Origin: Lama glama
Lineage: Eukaryota
Length of the DNA: 64,000 nt
Direction of reading: 5' to 3'
NCBI GenBank assembly: GCA_028534125.1
Contig: CM052818.1
Span: forward strand, 49,664,001-49,728,000
The stretch's first letter is position 1. Every line of letters begins with the position of its first letter. The notes below the pieces were generated by a model. That model did not search any database and was not told the origin of the DNA. It saw only the letters and a program-made list of their open reading frames with translations. Made by a program: the position numbers and the translations under genes. Shown here piece by piece: positions 1 to 11,551 of this stretch.

Positions 1-85
1 CTTGAGTATCTGTCACACCTCCAGGCGAGACGGGTCACAGAGAGCACCTCCTGCAGAGCCTGGCACCCAGGCAGAGCTGCACCGC

Positions 86-240
86 AGGCGGCGGTGGCGG
101 CGGTGGTGGTGGCAGCGGCGGTGGCCAAGGAGTGTTAACAGCAGCACCAGGAGTAGTGGTGACAGCAGTAATGATGGCAGTGGTGACAGCAGTAGCAGTG
201 ACAGCAGTAAGAATAGGAGTGGGAGGAGGGGGAGGAGCAG
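86..240. repeat. Degenerate triplet low-complexity repeat (GGC/GGT/GCA/GTA)
   Basis: gcggcggtggcggcggtggtggtggcagc ... gtggtgacagcagtagcagtgacagcagta. Confidence 0.8.
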
Positions 241-638
241 TGTATCTCAAATTGTTTCATTTTAAAATCACCTCTGAAGTTCACCCTTTCAAATGCCTCT
301 CACGCTCAGGGAGCAAACCCAGACAACGCAGGTGCTTTTACGTCATCAGCTCAAAGGGGGCCGTGTTTGCCGGTTGGTTCCTGTGTCACTGGTCCTTAAG
401 GAAAAGCAAGCCCGCCCTGGGGTCCGCAGAGTGGACAGGATTCCCTTTACCTCCTGCCTTTCCCTGGGGGGCTTCTTGGCAGGAGAACCTCTTGCCCTCA
501 GCCCCGGAATGCCGCTTTTCCACCCCCTCCCCAGCCCTGCGCACCGAGCAACTGATGAGTAAATCAGACAGTCACGAGCCGGTTTTCAAGTCAGAGAGCT
601 GCACGCCCTCCTGCGCGGCGTCAGGAATCCCGCATTAC

Positions 639-765
639 CTGCCCCGCTCCGCACTAGAGGTTCTGCCTTCGGTTTCTTCTTCTCCTCTTTGGCATAAAAC
701 ACAGAATCCTGAGCTTCGGGTGGACTGCTGTCGTGTTTCTTGGGGTCTTTCGCTTTGGGATCCTC
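639..765 (-). CDS. DCDC2C: DCDC2C exon 7, 127 nt
   Basis: caccgcag|EDPKAKDPKKHDSSPPEAQDSVFYAKEEKKKPKAEPLVRSGA G|gtaatg; resembles recalled human QDSVYYAKEEKKK...EPLV. Confidence 0.9.
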
Positions 766-3134
766 CTGCGGTGCAAACGAAGAAGAACAGGCACTTCACT
801 ATGCCCTGTACACACGGCACAGAGCACCGTTAGCGGACAGAGGCGCGCGGCGGGTCTTATGGGCTATTTTGAGAAGGACCAGGGATGGCACACGCTCCCC
901 GGGCGGAACAGGGGGTGGGACTCAGGGGCCTCCCAGGCCTCCCCCTCCTTGCACCATCTGGACCACGCTGTCACCTACATTCCTCTCTCTAAAGCGGCAG
1001 ACACCTCTCCCTCCTCCCAGGGACACCACGGGCAGTGCCTCCCCCAGAGGGAAGCCAATTCTCGTCCTAACTGCAGGTGGCACGTAGGGCCTGGCACACG
1101 GGGGGCCGCGTTAGAAGGGGGGCAGGCAGGTCTACAGAGGTCCCTGGGGCTTTAGACACCCTCCTCAGAGCTACAAAAATCGCTCCACAGGGACTACCCA
1201 GCTGTCACCGCGAGAACGTCGGGGCAGGAAGGAGCATCTCTAATAAAAAATCAAATGTGGGGCAGGTGTGCTCAGGGTCACACTAGAGGGGAACTCAGGT
1301 TTCTAAAACAAAAATCTGTAAGCAGTAGCAGCAAAGGAGAACCAGGTCGCAGGGCGCGGTGCGCTAACTCTTAGCGCCACCCCGACGCCACCCCACCGAA
1401 CGGGCTTCTGTCCAACTCTACTCCGTCCTTACACACAAACCGGCTGTTTCTAGTTTTCCTTTTTTCTGTCTTTACTGAAGTATTTGGAAATGGATACAGG
1501 CAAAAAAAATGATACAAACAGGTATTTCTTGTGAGCTATGTCACCTACCAAAATGTCAAACTAAAAACACCTAGCTTGTGCCGTTTTCATACGGCGCTAC
1601 GTGTGTATCATGCAAACTGCCAGGACTTTTTTCCTTGTGGAAATTACAGTGTGAAAACAGTCCCTCAACCGCAAACAGGAGGCAAAATCCTTCCACCTGC
1701 TTCGGGAGGCTTTCCCGCAACTTGAAATTGTGTCCGTAAGGAGAGGGAGCAAGGCCTCTGCAGAACTGGAGTCAAACAGAAAACGGTATACGGTGCTCGT
1801 GGCTCGGAGGCAGCGAGGGGCTGGGGTTTGAAAACCCTGTTCGATTCTTTTTTTCCCTATTTTATTTAATTTTTTTTTCGAAGTGCACTCAATTCTTTTT
1901 AGTGGTACTCACGTCGCCTTGTATAAGAAGTTTGCCCATCTTTGGCCTCTGAGACAAAGATGCTGTATGTTTATCTTATTATCCCTGAAATAGTCCTCAA
2001 AGGACAGTGACAAGGAAACACTGCCCACCCTCCTTTCGGGGCACGAAAGCAGTCAGGGGGCTGAGCAAGGAGCTCTGAGCAAACCACGCCCATCACGGTC
2101 TGACCACCAGCTCCCGTCACCCCAGGAGCTGCGGCAGGTGAAGACGCACGCGGAAAATCGCCCAGAGCAGAAAGGACTTCCTTCCAGGACGGCAGGAGGC
2201 AGGTGAGGGCGGGCATCGTGTCATTAAGCCCATTTTATCATTCAGTTTCACGCTTCACCCCACAGGCACCTGACGGGAACGCAAGATTCCAGAACCCCGC
2301 ATTCCTCTGAAGTCCAGTGACGCCAGAGCCACGTGGGCTTGGCCTCTCGTCAGGCGTTGACTCGAGCACCCCCTTCTCGGGGAGCACACCCTGGCTCACC
2401 CCCCGACTCTCCAGCGCCCCTCCTCAGCCTTCCCCGCTCTTCCCCAGGGCACTAAGTGCAGCCCACAAGTTGTGTATGACGTTCACGGCCCACCTCTCAC
2501 CACGAGATGACGTGGGCCTGACGCCACTGTCTCCCGGGGCTGTGGGGAGGTCTGCCAGGCCTCCTACCAGGAAGGATGTCAGACTTTGCCTGGCAGACAG
2601 AACTGCTCCAGGAAGCATTCGCGGGAAACGTCTGTGATTCAACAGGTGGGTGGGTGTGAATCCTGAGCTAAGGAAGAAGAGCAGCGGGGAAGCGGTGGTG
2701 GCCCGGGGAGGGGGGGAGGGGGCGGCAGATGACCACACGCCATGTCTCCTCTGGGTCACTCCAGGTCCACGTCCGTCAGGATGAGGCCAAACTCCCGGCG
2801 GCACCTCCGCCCAGCACACCCGGCTCCACGCGCACGCACCTGACTGCACCCTGACAGGCCAGCGCTTCCAATCTCCTGTGTGTCTCCGGAACAGCCCCTC
2901 CTCGGGCTTCGGCAAGCTCGCCCGCGGCCCTAACTGCGCGTCGTCTTCTCCCCACACAGAGACATCCCGCCCGCTCCCAGCCCGCTTCCGCAGAGCCCCA
3001 CGGCCACAGGCTGCCACTGGCTGCCCGCACAACTCTCCCCCTCGGGCCCGAAAGCTCCCCGGGGACGGAGGCGGGCCGCCTGCACCCTTTCATGCCCGGT
3101 GCCTGGCATCCCTGGACACCATGGTGTCTTTTCT

Positions 3135-3803
3135 TAATTTACATATTTGTTTTTTTTTTAATTGAAGTATTGTCGGTTTACAATTGTGTTAGTTTCTGGT
3201 GTACAGCATAGTGATTCAGTGATACACACACATGTATGCATTCTTTCTCATACTCTTTTTCATTGCAGGTTATTACAAGGTATTGAGTATAGCTCCCTGT
3301 GCTCTAAGTAGGACCTTGCTGTTTATCTATTTCATACACAGTAGTTAGCATCTGAAAATCCCAAACTCCTAATTTATATCTCCACCCACCTCTTACCCAC
3401 CCCCGGTAGCGGTAAGTTTGTTTTCTGTGTCTGTGAGTCTGTTTCTGTTTTGTAAATACGTTCTTTTGTATCATTTTTTTTCTTTTGGATTCCACCTACG
3501 AGCGATCTCATATGGTATTTGTCTTTCTCTGTCTGACTTACTTCATTTAGTATGACGATCTCCAGGTCCATCTATGTTCCTGCAAATGGCATTATTTCAT
3601 TCTTTTTTGTGGCTGAGTAGTATTCCATTGTATAAATATACCACAGCTCCTTTATCCAGTCTTCTGTCAATGGACATTTAGGTTGCTTCCATGTCTTGGC
3701 TCTTGTAAATAGTGCTGCTGTGAACACTGGGGTGCAGGTGTCTTTTCAAATTACAGTTTCCTCTGGATAAATGCCCAGGAGTGGGACTGCTGGACCATAT
3801 AGA
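3135..3803 (-). mobile_element. 5'-truncated LINE-1 3' end
   Basis: Typical L1 ORF2 C-terminus/3'UTR (gtagtattccattgtata, ggacatttaggttgcttccat); poly-T at left; possible TSD tgtcttttc. Confidence 0.88.
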
Positions 3804-6800
3804 TGTCTTTTCACTGTCGGAGCAACACGGATTTACAGCAGTTCTCAGCAGACAACGCATTAAGCAGGATACAGACACCCCGCTTTCCCACGGGAGGGGG
3901 CGAGCACCACATCCCCAATCCCCTCGCCCCGTCCCTGCGTCTCCAGCCCCCTGAGATCAACACGAGTGCTACTTCCAAGGGCCACAGCACTTCTCTCAAT
4001 TTCCTTCATCTTTCTTCCTGTTAAAATTATTCTCAGAGAACATCCCTGAGGCAGGTTGGGTTTGTGTCTCTGTGTGCCTTGACAACTGTCACCGTTCTCC
4101 AGCGCCCACGTCCGTCGACCTGGCTGTTTTAATGCCACTCACAGGGTGTCTCGCTCCAGCATGGGGAAGGCTGGCCACCTCCCGAGGTAACCTGGGATGA
4201 GTCCGGCGGTGCATCTAGCGGACAAGCAAACAACCCGACTCAGAGCCAGTCTACCGTCAGGGAGGAGGCGGCAGGCGCACGGGCAGGAGGCACTTCCCGG
4301 CTCCCCGAGTGAACGTCCTGGTCCACAGCGGGCCAAGGTCTCCGGTCAGCGGGCCAGCCCCCGCTTCGCGCATGATCCACGTGGAGGCCTTGCCGGCACC
4401 TGAACCTGGCTGCTGCATCTCCGGGCTGCTGGAAGGCGACCACAAGCACTGCCTGAGCGCCGTGTGGTGCTGTGTGGACTTGACACCGTCAGCCCGCAAA
4501 CGTCAGTTCAAGACGCTCATTTCATACTGGGCTTCACAGTTTAGGGCCGGTTATTAAAGCCTGGGTGGCAGCCCCCCACACACGGTCACACCTGGTGCAC
4601 CCAAGCTTCATCTCAGTTCGTTTGTGCTTCACGGCCAGAAGAGAAGCAGGCAACCCTAACGTTCTGATTGTGGATGCGGTACAGACACGAGGCTCACTCA
4701 CTACTCACTGAGACTTGACAGAGGCTTGCACCCCGGAATACTCATTTTAGCGTGCAGATTCAATCTACAGCATTTATTGAATTAGCCGCACTTCTTTGGA
4801 AGGTAACAGACACCTTCCTTGGAAAGCAGCTGCACAGTAAGTGTGTTTGCCGTAAACTGAATCTGATGTAACAGAGTAAGTGTCGCTTCACTCGATGACC
4901 TCCTCTTGGACTAAAAGTCACGGCTCCAGTTAATTGGACCATTTAAGGCCCTGACAGGCTCTTCACAGTGTATTTTCCAATGTTCAAATATTTGAATCCA
5001 GTGGTAAGTGAACTGAGCCAATCAAATAAGGCGAACTGTGTCCCAGGCATAGCTGAAGCACACTAATCAGTTAAAACGCTCCCGTGCGGTTTCTTTGCCA
5101 TTTTCTTGGAAATGGGCATTTTTAACAGTACAATTTAAAGTTCTGCTAAATTAAACTCTCATTACGTTCAAAATGGAAATCTAGATGTAAGACGCAAACA
5201 GCTTTGCTCTTCAATTTTTTTAAACCCTCTGCTAGGGTATCTATGTTAGATTAAATTAGAACTTCATCCCCTTGGCAGTAAGTCTGATGACAGAAATCCT
5301 GGGGGAAAAAATGGGAAGTCAAAGAGGGGAACCGTCTTTCATTAACGAAGACCCTGGGCAGTCAGCGGCATCGAGCCACACGGCTGTTAGCAGAGCCAGG
5401 ATTCCGACCGAGGAAATCGGAGTCCAGGGTGCTGGCTCTCCAAGCCCTGGGCTCTCCCTGGGCGGGCGGCGTGGGTTTACTAAGAAAGAAACCTGTCGTC
5501 TAGCATGCAGACAAGATTTCACCCGCCTCCTAGGCGTCCGCTTAGGTCCAGAGACGGTTCATCCCTCACTCCTTAGAGAGCCCATGACGACAGCCGTGGA
5601 CGACGTGGGAGCAGACCTGTCCTCTGCTGCACGCTCCATGGAGTCCTCCTGGCCGCCACAATGCGCTTCTGCACGAATACCGCCTCCCACGTGTCCCCTT
5701 CCCTCTCGTCTGACGGCTGGGCTCGCCTAGAGCACAGCAGCTCCTCACACCACCACCACCGCGGACACCGAAGTCCTCCTGCTCCTCCCTCCCCCGCCGG
5801 GGCCTCCGCTCCTGCACCCCAGCCGGCAGCTGCCACCCCTAACCCGCCCCCGGGAAACCTGCAGTCTCCCGGCTTCTCCCGCCTCCTCCCGCCTCCTCCC
5901 GCCTCCTCGCGCTCCACAGCCATCGAGACCTGCCCCGGCTCCTTCCCGTTACTTTCCTTCCCATTTCCTTGAATCAAGATGCCAGAAACCCTAAGACGCG
6001 TGGTTACTTCACCTGCCGCTAAGGAGGAAGTCAAGCCGCCACCTGAACCACGTCCTGATGCTGCTTCTTGCCTAGAGATGCTTTTTCCTCCTTCCTGAAA
6101 AAGCCCTCTGGGGGCTATTTAGACACAGGCATCATCAATATCACACCGGAACATGAGGAGAGGACATGCTAACAGAAACAAATTACTGGAATCCTCCCAA
6201 AACTTGACATCCTGAGCCTGGCTCCCCCGACCCACTTCCAACTCAAAGACACGCGGGCGGAAAGCCAGGGAAAGCGACCGCGCTCAGCCAGCAGCCCCGG
6301 GGTTCTCTCCCAGGCTGCTCCGCACGTCCCCAGGCGGGCGCTTTCCTGCCTGGAGCCCGGAAGGGAATCCTTGCGCACCTGTCCTGTAATGAAATGCAAA
6401 TGAGTGCGGCCACAAAGCCCCTCCCGGGGGGTGTGGAAAGTGAATATAAGCTTGCTGCGCTGCTCCGCCAGGCAGCGTCTCCTTCTCCACCTCCAGGGAC
6501 CCTGAGACCACATGGGGGGAGACAGTGACCACCAGCCCCAGCTTCCCATTTGGAGTCCGTACACTTCACTCCATCACCCGCAGTGATTCTGGGGTGCGTC
6601 TGTTCGTGTCCCTCCCTTGCTGAAGGCAGATCCCCGTGAATACAGTGCTTCCCTACCCCACCAGCCGTGACCATCCCCGCCTGCCTCCCCAGCCCACCAC
6701 CTGCAACCCACGTTCCCACCACAGGCACCGGGGCCGCCCCGACTCCGAGTACTATGGAGGGGGAGACTGGGGTGCATCTGAAAGTCTAACGGCAGAGGGA

Positions 6801-7122
6801 CTGCGGAACTGGACGGGCGGGGAGGGGTGATGCTGGTGGAATCAGGGGTGACGTCCAGGCATGGGCTCAGCTGGAGAGTGGATTTCGCTGACCGCTGACC
6901 AGGTGAGACGTGTCTGCCTTCTCCACCAGCAGAGACGCACACGCAGCTCATCTCTGTCTCACACACGAAGTGGCCGGGGCCACTGGATAATCAGCAGATG
7001 TGCTCAGTCAACTCCGAGAGTCTGTGGGTCAAAAGCTCTGTGCGTGTTTGGGACGTGCTCACTGAAGGGTCAGGAAAGAGTCTCTGCTTTGTACTGTAGG
7101 TACATTTAAAAAAAATACAGAA

Positions 7123-7230
7123 GGGTGAGGGTATAGCTCAGTGTTAGAGGGTGTGCTTGGCATGCACGAGGTCCTGGGTTCAATCCCCAGGGCCTCTGTG
7201 AAGGGGGATACAAGTGAAATATAATTTCTT
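7123..7230 (+). mobile_element. tRNA-derived SINE (Vic-1-like)
   Basis: gggtgagggtatagctcagtgttagag...gaggtcctgggttcaatccccag (A and B boxes). Confidence 0.85.
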
Positions 7231-7249
7231 TTTTAAAAAGACAAAAAAT

Positions 7250-7397
7250 ACGGCACAGGGAACCATATTCAACACCTTGTAATAGCCTATAATGAAAAAG
7301 CATGAAAAAGAATATAAACATAACTGAATCACTGTGCTGTACACCAGAAATTCACAAACACTGTGAATCAACTATACTTCAATTAAAAACAAAAAAC
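7250..7397 (+). mobile_element. L1 3'UTR fragment
   Basis: gcacagggaaccatattcaa...actgaatcactgtgctgtacaccagaa...atacttcaattaaaaa. Confidence 0.8.
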
Positions 7398-7817
7398 CAC
7401 GTGCAGATTAAAAGAGGACTCAGCACTGGGTCTCACAGAGACCCGCCCCTCTCCCCACCCGACACCCTCGAGCACGAGGGTCACAGAGGGTGCACACAGC
7501 CCCCCACGTGCTGCGGGTGACGTCCCCGCAGAGGGGCCGCCTGGGTTTCCAGCCCTGATTTTTAAATTTCCTCCCCACTTTGAAAAAGGATGTTGAGGTG
7601 GTTCACACAGAAGACAGATGAGAGAAGTTAATCGGTTAGAAGGGGAAAATCAGGAACAAGTAAAGAAAGAAACAAACATACTGACTGCAATGCAGTTGCT
7701 GTGAACAATCCCGAGGTCCAGCCTCCTGCACCCAAGGCGCCAGCGAGGGGAGCCGTTCCCGCGCTCAGCACCGCGCACATCGGCAGCTGGGGCGACGGCT
7801 TTCTCAGCACTCAGTTC

Positions 7818-7903
7818 TTTTTTTTTTAATGGTGGCACTGGGGATTGAATGCAGGGCCTCGTGCGTGCCAAGCACGCGCTCTGCCCGAGCCACTCCGCCC
7901 TCA
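7818..7903 (-). mobile_element. tRNA-derived SINE (Vic-1-like)
   Basis: poly-T then ctggggattgaatgcagggcctcgtgcgtgccaagcacgcgctct, reverse complement of the SINE head. Confidence 0.8.
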
Positions 7904-8648
7904 GCACTTGGCTCTGAGACAAACGCGTCAGGCTGACCTTCACCCGAGGGACAGCGAGCGCCGTAAAACCCTCAGCAGGCTTCGTTGAGCCAACGCCTTC
8001 GTCGTCTTCCAGGACTTTGTTTTCTAGAGCACCTGCTCCCGTGTGCTCTGGTCACACCTACTTCATATGAGAATTTCAATAATAGGCTTAATTTTTCTAA
8101 AATAGCACATTTTTTGCACTGCGGTCTATGCTGTTTGTGATCATTCTGTCTAAAGATTTCAAAGTATTCAGTGTCCTCATCAAAGCTGGTTAACTTCCCA
8201 GTGACGGCTCCCAGAAGACAGAAGGAAATGCAGTATCAGAACAGACGTGCTCCGATTTTAGACCCAAGAGAACGAACATAAAGGAAAAGAAAATTCCGTC
8301 CCTACCGATAGAGCCAAAGGCACAAGGACGACATGGCGGAGGAGGAGCAGCAGAAGCACGCCGCGGTGTTCGGCAGACGGGGGCCGTCACCTGCGTGCGC
8401 GGAAGCTTCCAGAACCACTAACGCATGGGGTTTCAAGGCTGTACCATTCACACCAAAGAACTTCCCAGCCCCGGACTCTGAGCAAAGTCGTCCCTTGCTC
8501 CCTCGCCCACAGGAGGAAGCCCGGCGCCCCACGTGGGCTGAGAGGCCCCTTCTACAACGAGGGGCCATCCCATGGTGGGTCCCTGTCAGTGCCAAAGGAC
8601 ACCCAGGGCCACCACGCTCCTCCCCGTCCCCTTTGCAGTCGTACTTAC

Positions 8649-8691
8649 TTTTTTCTTTCTTCGTGAGTATTTCTCAATGTCTGTGTACTTC
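8649..8691 (-). CDS. DCDC2C: DCDC2C exon 6, 43 nt
   Basis: gtttttcag|G AAG TAC ... KYTDIEKYSRRKKK|gtaagt; phase 2 in, phase 0 out, fits both neighbours. Confidence 0.88.
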
Positions 8692-11413
8692 CTGAAAAAC
8701 AAAAGACAGTCCAGCTAGAGATGTTTAGAGCTAGGCCAAAATCTCTGCAAGAAACATGCAGGCTGTTGCGGTGACCTCAGGAGGCACCGATCAAGAGCAG
8801 GGAGCTCAGGGTCCCCAGAGGACACAAGCCCACACCAGGGTGGCCCCCAGGCTCCCGAGAGAGTGGGCCCCAAGGCAGTCGCTCATGTTCCTTCCCTGAG
8901 AGTCTCTCACTTGGTGGGGGGGGGGTCTGCCCCCGAGGCTGCGTGTCTGCAGGCACCTTCTGCCCTAAAGCTTCTATATGACCCTGGGGGCAGTGGGGTG
9001 GGGGGTTCCGACATTTAAAGTTTCTGACAGCTGGTCAGTCACGCTCACAGACAACGGCTTCTGCACACAGCCCTTGCCATGATGTGTGGAGCCCTTACGT
9101 CGCTGCTCTCAGAGAACCCAGAACCCACGGGTTCACTCAGGCCCACAGCTCATCGGCAGAAGAACTGAGACTAAAATCCAATCCAAACCCGGTCCGTCCT
9201 CGTCCTGGCCCGTCAGAGCTCTGGGCCGCCTGCCCTGCCCTCTCCCCCTTCTCTGCTGACAACCGCGGGCCCGCAGGCCTGCTTCCCACTCTTCGTCCAG
9301 CTTTACTCCAGCTGTTCCTCTGCCCGTGGGGAAGGGCCCCCCCACGTGGTTCTCCAGCACAAAAGCGCCCCTGGGTCTACTTCCCCAAGGGTGAGTGGAC
9401 TTCAGTCTCTCAGCAACTCTGCGGAAACTCCTCATCCACACCCAACCTCCTGGGCAAGGGAGAAAGCTATTTAAGCAACCAACAGACTCCGGCCAGGGTG
9501 CAACACGTGAACGATGACAGGAGGAAACAAAACACGTTGAAAGACAAAGGAACTTGTGCAGGGCGCAGGGGACACAGCAGAGAGAGCCATTCAGCTCAGT
9601 TCAACGGCTCCTCCCGTCTTTCCACCCCCAGGCTGCCAGGACCAGCTGTGATGGATTAAGGAATCGACAAAATCAGGAAACACCCCGGCCTGGCAGGCGC
9701 GCTAGCCGGACCCTAACCTAACCACCTGCCTGGAGGGTCACGATCCGAAAGGGACAAAGGAAGCCGTTCTCTGCCTGGAAGCAGAAACCCTACCGGCATA
9801 CGAGCCGGAAGAGGCATGAGGTCCGCCAGACACCGCTCCCGCGAGGGCATCTCAAGTTTCCCAAACGGGGCTCCGTGCAGGGGGCCTCGGGGGTGGGGTG
9901 GAGGCCCCCACCTGCAAGGCTGAAGCCGCCTGCCTGCCCCACAGTGAGATGAGAACAGGCACCTCTGTTCTTTGCTCAACACAGAGACCGTTAAAACGTG
10001 ACGGAGAAGCAGCTACGGGGAGGTTCCTGGCTCCCGAAAAGCTCCCGGCACCAAGTGTGGTTCAAACCCAGCCGGGGGCTAAGCAACCAAGGGTGGGAGA
10101 CCTCCCAGGTCAGCTCCACAAACCGCTCATCTCAGCAGCCCTGGAAACCGGAACCTTAAAATCGCACCTGACGGTCTCGTGAAGGAGGGCCGGGCTACGT
10201 GCGTCCGGTGTCCACGCTCCCGACACCCCAGCGCCTGAGGACCTGCCGTCCTCCCAGGCCCCACGCCGGCCTTCTTAGCTGACCCCAGGGCAGCAAACCC
10301 AGCCTCAGCCCTGATCCCGGGGCCCTCGTTTGGGACCAAAACTGAGCACGTGGATCAGGACGTGCCTCTGCACTCCAGTCCCGCAGGTCAGCCGCCCTCC
10401 CGAGCCACCGCTGAGCCCGGCCCAGCCCTGACACCCAGCAGCAGACACACAGGAGCCCGCTGGGAGCGCGGCCCCGGGGCCCCAGGCCCGTAGGGCGCTC
10501 TCCGCCTGGCCGACACAGCAGGAAAGGGGGGGGGGATTGGACTGCACAGACCCACAGGCCCTCAGGGTGGGGAGCCCTGTGGTTTCACACACAAACACAA
10601 CCTGAGAAGCAAGGAGCGGGAGTCCCAGGAGGCGTCGAGGGTGACTGCCCTGGGAGTGCAGCCAGACCACCTCACCTCGCGACCTCGAGGCGGGTGAACC
10701 TGAGCAGCGCTTTCTGCAGACGTGGAGCCCCTCCTTCTACGTGACGTCAGCGCAGGACACAGACACACGTCGGAGCCCCAGCGCTGGGCTCCTCTGCCTC
10801 AGGATAAAACCGCCAGGCGTCCCCAGGTATGAGTCCAAAGGGAGCGCAACGGCTCAGCTACAGGCGCCTGTCCGCCCGACTCCAGACGCAAGCCGCAGGG
10901 CGAAGGGACCGGAGCCCCCACCCACGTCTCAGCTTCCTCCCAGCCACCCCTTCACGGCCACAACCGCACACGCCATGCGGCGCCCCATCAGCCAGGTCCC
11001 AGATCCACCCCAGAAGTCACTGCTTTGTTCACCAGCAGAGACTGCCGCACCACACAAACCCTGTGTTTTAGAAAAGGAAAAGCGCGAGGAATTAAGAAAA
11101 CAAAATTGTGCCAGGTGGAGCATGGGCTCCCATGACGGTGCCTGGGGCGGGCTCCATCTTGCACATTTAGACTCTTGACCTCGATGACCCCAGTAACCCC
11201 AGAGGAAGACGAGGGACTTCATGCAGGACCTCGTGGTCCTTGTGAATATATCAAACAGCAGCGGTTCCTCCACACCTAGACTGTGAGAACCCAAAATTGC
11301 ACCACTTACGAAATAAGCATGAAGGGCAGACAGAAGAGGCCACACCGGGGAGAGACGCTGGGCGGGGAAAGAGGGGGATTTACAGGCGAGAGGGAGAGGG
11401 GCCGTGTGCTCAC

Positions 11414-11551
11414 TGCTGGACGTCGCCAGGGACCCTTGGGCACTTCCAGTAAGGGAAGTGTTTGAACGTCTCCAGTCCTGCCGCCACGTAGAAGTGGTTG
11501 TCCTGCAAGTCCTTCGAGTCGTCCAGAAGATGCCCGTTCATCGTAAACAAC
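11414..11551 (-). CDS. DCDC2C: DCDC2C exon 5, 138 nt
   Basis: ttctgcag|G TTG ... LFTMNGHLLDDSKDLQDNHFYVAAGLETFKHFPYWKCPRVPGDVQ(Q) ... CA|gtgag. Confidence 0.95.

Noticed and set aside
132..833. 233-aa plus-strand ORF
   Set aside because: Starts in a triplet low-complexity repeat and is antisense to DCDC2C exon 7; no domain.
7123..7200. tRNA-like sequences here and at 33361, 34831, 44842, 55337, 59158
   Set aside because: Degenerate, dispersed copies with A-rich tails and TSDs: SINEs, not tRNA genes.
10742..10749. Perfect CRE palindrome TGACGTCA
   Set aside because: A single 8-mer is expected about once by chance in 64 kb; no supporting context.
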